A stretch of 64,000 nucleotides of DNA from Candidatus Termititenax persephonae. GTDB taxonomy: Bacteria > Margulisbacteria > Termititenacia > Termititenacales > Termititenacaceae. Below, piece after piece: positions 57,353 to 64,000 of the stretch (position 1 is its first letter; each line of letters opens with the position of its first letter). Location: NCBI GenBank assembly GCA_003864475.1, contig BGZO01000001.1:26799-90798 (forward strand), in the 5' to 3' direction. Position numbers and translations under genes: made by a program. Below the pieces are notes generated by a model. That model did not search any database. It worked only from the letters and a program-made list of their open reading frames with translations, and was not told the DNA's origin.

Positions 57353-58807
57353 TTGAGAGTTATGCAAAGAAGAGTCGTGATAACTGGCCTAGGGCCAATC
57401 TCCCCCATCGGCAAAGAACGGGAGACTTTTTGGCGTTCTTTGGTCAACGGTGTCTCCGGTATCAGGCTTATCCCCGAAATTGCCGCTTCACCGCTGAATT
57501 TTAAGACGAAAATCGGCGGAGTTATCCCGGATTTTAATCCGCAGTCCTATCTCAAAGACGAGGAGATTAAACACTTTTCCCGTTTCACGCAGCTGGCGGT
57601 GGTGGCGGCGGATATTGCGCTGGCGGACGCGCACTTGACGGTCGCCGCCGAGGATGCGGCGCGTCTCGGCGTGATTATGGGTACGGGCATTGGCGGGCAT
57701 GAGGTGGTCGAGCGGCTGCAAAAAGCCCTGCTGGCGGATCAAGAAAACAAAGCCATGGTCAAGACCAAACAATTTATCGACGAGCTGATTAAGCAACACG
57801 CCGAAAATCCTCTGGAAGTGGAGTTGGTCGCGGGTCTGAAAAGCAAAACGTTGGGCGATTTTCTGACGCATCATTTTAATAATTATTTTCAAGCTTATCT
57901 TTTGGAACAGCAATTGACGCGGCTGGATAAGACGGGGGAAAAAGATTTGATTAATTCCTGCGCCAAGGCAACTTTTACTCACGCGGCGGCGGCAGAAATC
58001 TCCGCGCATTGCGGTCTGTCCGGTGTAAATTATTCTCTGTCGACAGGCTGTTCGGCCTCCGCCAATGCTATCGGCGCGGCCTTGAACGCCATCCGCGAGG
58101 GCAAGGCGGATGTGGTTTTGAGCGGCGGAGCCGAGGCTCCCTTTACGGACATGGTGTACGCCAGCTTTGACTTTGCCAGCCCGCGGCAGATGTCGGTCCG
58201 CAACGACACTCCCGCCCAGGCCATCACGCCTTATGCTAAAAATCGCGATGGCTTTTTGCTGGCGGAAGGGGCGGGCGTTGTCGTCCTAGAAGAACTGGAA
58301 CATGCTCTCCGGCGCGGCGCGTATATTTATGGCGAATTGCTGGGTTTCGGTTCGGCGGCCAACGCCAATATTTCCCCCGCTGAGGAGCTGAAAGGCGCTG
58401 GTCTGGCGCAGGCGATGGAGGCGGCCATCAAGGATGCGGATATTACGCCTTATGAATTGGACTATATTTGTTCACATGGCTCCGGCTCGGCCTTTGCGGA
58501 CTTGAAAGAAACCAACGCCGTCAAGCGCGTCCTCGGAGAGCGCGCCAAAGCCGTGCCAGTCAGCACGGTCAAGTCCGCCATGGGTATGCCTTTTGGCGCG
58601 TCCACAGCATTCCAGCTGATAGCCTCGTCCCTGATGCTGGACAAACAAATCGTCATCCCGACGCTGAATCTGGAAACGCCCGACCCGAACTGCGACCTCG
58701 ACTATGTGCCGCGGACCGCGCGCCCGATGATTCTCAATTATATTCTCCTGGACTCGATTGGGCTGGGCGGCAATAATGCCGCGCTGGTAATAAAAAAATA
58801 CAAGTAG
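57353..58807 (+). CDS. beta-ketoacyl-[acyl-carrier-protein] synthase (KAS I/II type) with an insertion of about 75 aa
   Basis: N-terminal RVVITGLGPISPIG, active-site Cys (STGCSASANAIG), catalytic His region and C-terminal GFGGNNAALV. 484 aa versus the usual about 410. Confidence 0.75.
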   Translation: MRVMQRRVVITGLGPISPIGKERETFWRSLVNGVSGIRLIPEIAASPLNFKTKIGGVIPDFNPQSYLKDEEIKHFSRFTQLAVVAADIALADAHLTVAAEDAARLGVIMGTGIGGHEVVERLQKALLADQENKAMVKTKQFIDELIKQHAENPLEVELVAGLKSKTLGDFLTHHFNNYFQAYLLEQQLTRLDKTGEKDLINSCAKATFTHAAAAEISAHCGLSGVNYSLSTGCSASANAIGAALNAIREGKADVVLSGGAEAPFTDMVYASFDFASPRQMSVRNDTPAQAITPYAKNRDGFLLAEGAGVVVLEELEHALRRGAYIYGELLGFGSAANANISPAEELKGAGLAQAMEAAIKDADITPYELDYICSHGSGSAFADLKETNAVKRVLGERAKAVPVSTVKSAMGMPFGASTAFQLIASSLMLDKQIVIPTLNLETPDPNCDLDYVPRTARPMILNYILLDSIGLGGNNAALVIKKYK

Positions 58808-58885
58808 CCTTAATGACAAAAAACATTTCTGATGTTAGAATCTTAATCCTTAAAGAGGAGATAGCGGCACAAAGAAAGAGGAGAG

Positions 58886-59155
58886 TTGTTCATGGTAGTC
58901 AAGAATAAAACTGAAGTGATTGAGAAATTTAGAATCGGCGGCACAGACACTGGCTCTACACCCGTGCAGGTGGCTTTGCTAACCACGTCGATTAATAATC
59001 TGGTCGAGCATCTCAAGGTCAACAAAAATGATTTTCATTCCCGCCGCGGTCTCCTGCTCATGGTAGGCAAACGCCGCCGTCTGTTGCGTTACTACAAGTC
59101 CAAAAATTTGAACGAATACAATGATTTGATTACCAAGCTGGGGATTAAGGGTTAG
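58886..59155 (+). CDS. rpsO: 30S ribosomal protein S15
   Basis: ..[48 protein letters not shown] is a canonical S15. Confidence 0.9.
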   Translation: MFMVVKNKTEVIEKFRIGGTDTGSTPVQVALLTTSINNLVEHLKVNKNDFHSRRGLLLMVGKRRRLLRYYKSKNLNEYNDLITKLGIKG

Positions 59156-59262
59156 GGAAAACCATTTCCTCCGGCAATGTCGATAGGGGGATTTGTCTAA
59201 ACTGCTCCAGTATGCTATTTTATCTCCTAAATAAAAACAAATAAAGAAAGAGGAGCAAAAAA

Positions 59263-61353
59263 ATGGCGAAAGTTTCAGTTTCAACAGAATTTCACGGCAA
59301 AAAATATACTTTGGAAACAGGCGTGATTGCCAAGCAAGCGCACGGGGCGGTCATGGCCACTTGTGGCGAAACGGTAGTGCTGGCGACGGCTGTGGCGGCG
59401 GATAAGCCGCGCGAGGGCGTGGATTTTTTTCCGCTGACCGTCGACTTCATCGAGAAATATTACGCTTCGGGCAAAATCCCCGGCAGTTTTTTTAAGCGCG
59501 AGGCGAAGCCGTCTACGGATGCGACTTTGACGGCGCGGCTGATAGACCGCCCGTTGCGCCCTTTGTTTCCCGAGGGTTTTCGCAATGATGTGAATATCGT
59601 CGTAACAGTGCTGTCTTATGACGGTGTGAACATGCCCGACCATTTGGGCATGACTGCCGCTTCCGCCGCCTTGTCCATCTCCAAGATTCCTTTTGCGGGG
59701 CCGATTGGCGGCGTGGTGGTCGGGCGCGTGGACGGCCAGCTGGTCATCAACCCCAGCCCAGAGGAATTGGAAAAATCCACGCTGGAATTGTCTATCGCCG
59801 GGACGCGCGAGGCCGTGATGATGGTCGAGGCGGAAGTCGGTCTGCTCACTGAAGAACAGATGCTGGAGGCTTTGGATTTTGGCCATCAGGAGTTAAAAAA
59901 GCTAATTGACCTGCAGGAAGAACTGGTCAAAAAAGCAGGCGTGGAAAAAATGCCGCTAAGCCTGATTCTGCCTGACGAAAACTTGGTCAAGAATGTGCAG
60001 GGTAAAATCGGCGACAGTCTGAAAAAAGCGCTCGCCACCGACGGTAAGCTGGCCAAGTATGCGGCGATTGATGCGGTGCAGGCCAAACTGCTGTCCGACC
60101 TGCAGGCAGAGTTGGGCGCGGAAGAGTACGCTAAAAAAGAGAAAGAGATTAAGGGCATTTTTCACGATTTCGAAAAGACCGCCGTGCGCAGCATGATTTT
60201 GGACGAGGGTCAGCGTCTGGATGGCCGTCAGATGGACGAGTTGCGCCCGCTGAGTTCGGAGGCGGGCTTGTTTAAACGCACGCACGGCTCGGCGCTCTTT
60301 ACGCGTGGCGAGACGCAGGCTCTGGTCATCACGACTCTCGGCACGGCAGATGACGAGCAGATGATTGACGGTCTCGACCCGACATACAAAAAGCAGTTTT
60401 TCCTGCATTACAATTTTCCGCCCTACTCAGTTGGTGAAGTGGGACGCATGGGCAGTCCGGGCCGCCGCGAACTGGGACACGGCAACCTGGCCGAGCGCGG
60501 GCTACGGGCGGTTCTCCCTGCGCACCAAGATTTTCCCTACACCATCCGCATCGTTTCGGAAATCACCGAGTCTAACGGTTCTTCCTCTATGGCCTCGATT
60601 TGCGGCGGCACGCTCTCGCTGATGGACGCGGGTGTGCCAATCAAGGCCCCAGTGGCGGGTATTGCCATGGGTTTGATTAAGGAAAAGGACAAATTTCAGG
60701 TGCTGACGGACATCATGGGCTTGGAAGACCATCTGGGCGACATGGATTTTAAGGTCGCCGGCACGCGCGACGGCATCACGGCTCTGCAAATGGACATCAA
60801 GATTGTCGGAGTAACCCGCGAGATTATGCGTCAGGCTCTGGCGCAGGCTAAGACCGGACGGATGACCTTGCTGGACCACTTGCAAAGCACTATTGCCGCG
60901 CCGCGCCATGACCTCAATAAATACGCGCCGCGCATCGAGTCCCTGATGATTCCGGTCGACCGTATCGGCGAGTTGATAGGGCCGGGCGGCAAGACTATCA
61001 AGAAAATCCAAGAGACTTATGGGGTGGAGGTTAATATCGCCGAGGACGGCAAGGTTGATATTGCTTCAGCGGACGGGGAATCTCTGCGGGCCGCCAAGGA
61101 CTATATCGCCGCGCTGATGCGCGAGGTCGAGGTGGGGGACGTTTTTGAGAATGCCAAGGTCGTTAAGATTATTGAGATTGGCGCATTTGTCGAGGTGGCT
61201 CCCGGCAAGCAAGGCTTGGTGCATATCTCCGAGATTGCGCCGCAGCGCATTGCGGCGGTTACGGACGCGCTCTCCGAGGGACAGACGGTCAAGGTAAAAT
61301 GCATTAAGATTGACGAACGCGGTCGCTATAATTTTACTATCAAGAACGCTTAA
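59263..61353 (+). CDS. pnp: polyribonucleotide nucleotidyltransferase (PNPase)
   Basis: 696 aa: two RNase PH domains, a KH domain and a C-terminal S1 domain. rpsO-pnp synteny. Confidence 0.9.
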   Translation: MAKVSVSTEFHGKKYTLETGVIAKQAHGAVMATCGETVVLATAVAADKPREGVDFFPLTVDFIEKYYASGKIPGSFFKREAKPSTDATLTARLIDRPLRPLFPEGFRNDVNIVVTVLSYDGVNMPDHLGMTAASAALSISKIPFAGPIGGVVVGRVDGQLVINPSPEELEKSTLELSIAGTREAVMMVEAEVGLLTEEQMLEALDFGHQELKKLIDLQEELVKKAGVEKMPLSLILPDENLVKNVQGKIGDSLKKALATDGKLAKYAAIDAVQAKLLSDLQAELGAEEYAKKEKEIKGIFHDFEKTAVRSMILDEGQRLDGRQMDELRPLSSEAGLFKRTHGSALFTRGETQALVITTLGTADDEQMIDGLDPTYKKQFFLHYNFPPYSVGEVGRMGSPGRRELGHGNLAERGLRAVLPAHQDFPYTIRIVSEITESNGSSSMASICGGTLSLMDAGVPIKAPVAGIAMGLIKEKDKFQVLTDIMGLEDHLGDMDFKVAGTRDGITALQMDIKIVGVTREIMRQALAQAKTGRMTLLDHLQSTIAAPRHDLNKYAPRIESLMIPVDRIGELIGPGGKTIKKIQETYGVEVNIAEDGKVDIASADGESLRAAKDYIAALMREVEVGDVFENAKVVKIIEIGAFVEVAPGKQGLVHISEIAPQRIAAVTDALSEGQTVKVKCIKIDERGRYNFTIKNA

Positions 61354-61358
61354 AGTCA

Positions 61359-62621
61359 GTGAACCCTGCGGTTAAAATTAAAAAATTGTCCAGCGGGATT
61401 ACCGTGCTGGCGGAAGAAATGCCCTTGGTACACTCGGTGGCGGTGGGTTTTTTGACGGGTTTCGGCTCCAAGCACGAGCGCGATTTTCCAGGGGGCATCG
61501 CCCACTATGTCGAACACATGCTCTTCAAAGGCACTCTGAAGCGCAGCAAGGCGGATATTGCCGAGCAGATTGACGCGGTGGGCGGGCGCATCAATGCGCA
61601 CACCAGCAAGGAGTACACGAGTTATTTTGCCGTGGTGCTGGACGAGCATTTTACTTTGGCTCTGGACATTTTGACCGACATGTATTTGAACAGCGCCTTT
61701 GACGAGGCAGAGATAGAGCTGGAGCGCAATGTCATCTTGGAGGAAATCAAGATGTACGAGGACGCGCCGGAAGAAAAAATCCACGACCTCGCTTTTCAGA
61801 ATATTTGGGACGGGCATATTTTGGGTCGCCCGATTATCGGCACGGAAAAATCCGTCCGCCAAATCGCCCGCGCGGATATTTTAGCCTGCCTGAAAAGTTT
61901 TTATACGCCGGACAATACCTTGATTGCGGTGGCGGGCAATGTCCGGGCGGACGAGGTGTTCCAGCAGATTGAGGCGAGGTTTGACGGTTTTCGCGGCAAA
62001 GTCCGGGAATACCAAGAGTTACCGGTTGCCATTGTCCCCGGTATCAAGACCGTCAAGAAAGACACTGAACAGGCGCATCTTTGTCTCTCCACCAAGGGCG
62101 TGGCCTACAGCAGTAACGACCGTTTTACGCTCTCACTCCTGTCCTCCATACTCGGCGGCAGCATGTCCTCGCGCCTTTTCCAAAAAGTCCGCGAGCAAAA
62201 AGGCTTGGTCTACTCTATCTACACTTATCCGACTTTTTATCAGCAGGCCGGCTTATTTACTTTGTATGTCGGCACGCAGCTCAAGAATGCCAGGCAAGTG
62301 TTGGATTTGTCGCTAAAAGAATTGACTTTATTTAAGCAAAACGGCGTAACCCCGACAGAATTACAGCGAGCCAAGGAGCAGGTCAAGGGGCATTTGGTCT
62401 TAAATCTTGAGGACTCGGCCAGCCGGATGAGCTGGCTGCTCAAGTCGCTGTACAATTACGGTAAACTGAGTACTGTCGAGGAGATTATGCAGAAAGTCGA
62501 CCGGGTAACCGGCGACGACATTCAGCGGCTGGCGACGGAGATTTTTATCAAAGAGGACTTACAATTGACTGCCATCGGTAATTTTACCAAAAGCAGTTTT
62601 TTTCAAAATCTGGACTGCTAA
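61359..62621 (+). CDS. M16 family zinc peptidase (pitrilysin-like)
   Basis: Inverted zinc motif HYVEHMLFKGT (HxxEH), 420 aa. Confidence 0.8.
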   Translation: MNPAVKIKKLSSGITVLAEEMPLVHSVAVGFLTGFGSKHERDFPGGIAHYVEHMLFKGTLKRSKADIAEQIDAVGGRINAHTSKEYTSYFAVVLDEHFTLALDILTDMYLNSAFDEAEIELERNVILEEIKMYEDAPEEKIHDLAFQNIWDGHILGRPIIGTEKSVRQIARADILACLKSFYTPDNTLIAVAGNVRADEVFQQIEARFDGFRGKVREYQELPVAIVPGIKTVKKDTEQAHLCLSTKGVAYSSNDRFTLSLLSSILGGSMSSRLFQKVREQKGLVYSIYTYPTFYQQAGLFTLYVGTQLKNARQVLDLSLKELTLFKQNGVTPTELQRAKEQVKGHLVLNLEDSASRMSWLLKSLYNYGKLSTVEEIMQKVDRVTGDDIQRLATEIFIKEDLQLTAIGNFTKSSFFQNLDC

Positions 62622-62644
62622 ACATCGCCAGCAGACGGCGCGTT

Positions 62645-64000
62645 TTACTTAACAAGCGAGCCGTAAGCAAATGTGCCGCCGCCTTTACTCGCTAAAGTAG
62701 TAATCGTTATGTCAAAACGCCTGTAGCGGTATATGTCGGCTTGGGAGATGCTCAAGGGCGCGGTATTGTAATTTATGTTCGTGTCGCCAGTTAAGGTGGC
62801 GGTATAAGTCTGGGGCGTGCCGCTGCCCGCGCTATTGTCATAGGCCTTGATGGTAACGGAGCCGTTAGCGGCGGTCAGCCCTTCCATACGCAATTCCCCG
62901 CTCCAATATACGTCGTCCGGCAGGATTGCCGTGAGGGTAAGGGTAATTGGACTCATTGTAGAGGAGTTCAAATTCTTAAATACATGACGATAGTAAATTT
63001 TACCCCCAGCGGATTGCTGGGTTATCTCTGCACCCCCTGTCAGGGCATTCCAAGCCGAAAGTGTCAGGTCAAGCTCGGGTAAGCTTATCTTAAACCAAAC
63101 TGGCGATGTCCAATCACTCCAGCCCTGCCCGTCGAGGGCGTTCTGGGCACGCACCTGCCAATAATAAGTCTTCCCCCGAACCAGAGAAGAGTCTAATGAA
63201 TGCTTGATACTGGAGCTAGCATTAGTCTTGTAATTGCCGCTGGTAACTATTGTGGCGGCCGACAGTCCAGCCTGACTGTCGGCCATCCTGAACTGGTACT
63301 GTAGCGGCGTGCCATTATGATAGCCGATGTCGTTAAGGAAAAAAGCAACCTTGGTGGGCGGGTTAGTCAATTCGATATTTTCCTGACCAGCATTATCAAG
63401 ATAAGGTATCTCTGCTTTTCTGGAAGTTGCCGTGCCGCTTGCGGCGTTCAGCCACGGCTCATAATCTATTGCACCTGATCCGGTGAAATTAGCGGTAGCT
63501 GGCGTGGCCGCGCCCCAATAATTTCTTTCCAGCATATAGGTGGTGCTGGAGCTAGGCGCATATACTTGCGGATTGGCATCAGTAAAATTATTGTTTTCAA
63601 AAGAACCGCTTGCCGCAAAAACGCCATCAGTAAGGCGAACAGCCTCGTTGTTGGCATAACCACTAAAAGTATTTTGCTTGACGGTGGGCGAACCGCCGGT
63701 AACACGGACTGCGGAATAGGTGACTAAGGGATCTGACCCGGTGGTATTATTGCCCACCACAGTATTGGAAGTAAAACTAGGCGCGCCACCGCTGATATAG
63801 ATGCCGTTTACGGAGTACTTGAGGCTATTATTGGTAATGGTGGGCTTGCCTTCACTGACGCGAATAGCAGTGCTGGTAAAATTCTCGAAAGTATTGCGCT
63901 GAATAACGGGAGCGGCGTTGCTGTCGCTCGCCACATTGATGCCCTCGGAGGAATTACGAAAAACATTGTCAGAATAATTACCGCCGCCCGCGCTTGGCTC
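62645..64000 (-). CDS. cell-surface repeat protein with parallel beta-helix-like repeats (C-terminal part; the gene continues beyond the window end)
   Basis: Repeated N/T/G-rich segments (..TNNSLKYSVNGIYISGGAPSFTSNTVVGNNTTG..) typical of right-handed beta-helix/pectate-lyase-like repeats, plus an Ig/FN3-like region. The ORF is open to the window edge. Confidence 0.5.
   Translation of the reverse strand, partial: EPSAGGGNYSDNVFRNSSEGINVASDSNAAPVIQRNTFENFTSTAIRVSEGKPTITNNSLKYSVNGIYISGGAPSFTSNTVVGNNTTGSDPLVTYSAVRVTGGSPTVKQNTFSGYANNEAVRLTDGVFAASGSFENNNFTDANPQVYAPSSSTTYMLERNYWGAATPATANFTGSGAIDYEPWLNAASGTATSRKAEIPYLDNAGQENIELTNPPTKVAFFLNDIGYHNGTPLQYQFRMADSQAGLSAATIVTSGNYKTNASSSIKHSLDSSLVRGKTYYWQVRAQNALDGQGWSDWTSPVWFKISLPELDLTLSAWNALTGGAEITQQSAGGKIYYRHVFKNLNSSTMSPITLTLTAILPDDVYWSGELRMEGLTAANGSVTIKAYDNSAGSGTPQTYTATLTGDTNINYNTAPLSISQADIYRYRRFDITITTLASKGGGTFAYGSLVK

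Overview
The window is a roughly 57% GC bacterial chromosome segment, probably from a diderm (LptF/LptG-like permease, orphan FlhB/FlhA, type III glutamine synthetase, sigma-54 activator, four-subunit 2-oxoacid:ferredoxin oxidoreductase). It is dense with recognisable housekeeping genes: gcvPA/PB, two half-size ABC exporters, queF, proB, a GlmU-like uridyltransferase, rpmE, rpsU, tRNA-Ala, an arginine-biosynthesis cluster argC-argJ-argB-(TA pair)-argF-argG, proS, a tandem-domain ThyX, glnN, aroE, porGDAB, HU, tmk, a glycan-biosynthesis cluster, parA-like, a KAS, rpsO, pnp and an M16 peptidase. The most unusual region is a visibly AT-rich island at about 23.96-30.13 kb, lying between a tRNA-Met(CAT) gene and argC. 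It holds a 1039-aa cytoplasmic repeat protein with 126-bp in-frame tandem repeats, followed by a small gene and two decayed paralogous cassettes. All three cassettes begin with the same 71-nt 5-prime module (GGRILRVIENYNSDFREEEHPRNNNGKF) joined to different downstream sequence, and each is followed by a copy of a 144-bp direct repeat. This is the architecture seen in polymorphic toxin / orphan C-terminal cassette loci. One cassette is disrupted at an A10 tract, another by a 1-nt deletion plus an internal in-frame deletion, and no immunity gene is evident. Other points worth a second look: a 59-aa histone-fold (DUF1931-like) gene missed by the ORF track; a BrnT/BrnA-like toxin-antitoxin pair inserted inside the arg cluster plus an orphan BrnA-like gene at the island edge; an M23 peptidase split from its signal peptide by a G6 homopolymer frameshift; related palindromic operators overlapping TTGACA promoters; a CofG/MqnE-like radical SAM protein with a polybasic tail; and an isolated flhB-flhA pair. 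All calls rest on reading the translated ORFs and the DNA by eye; no database search was run.
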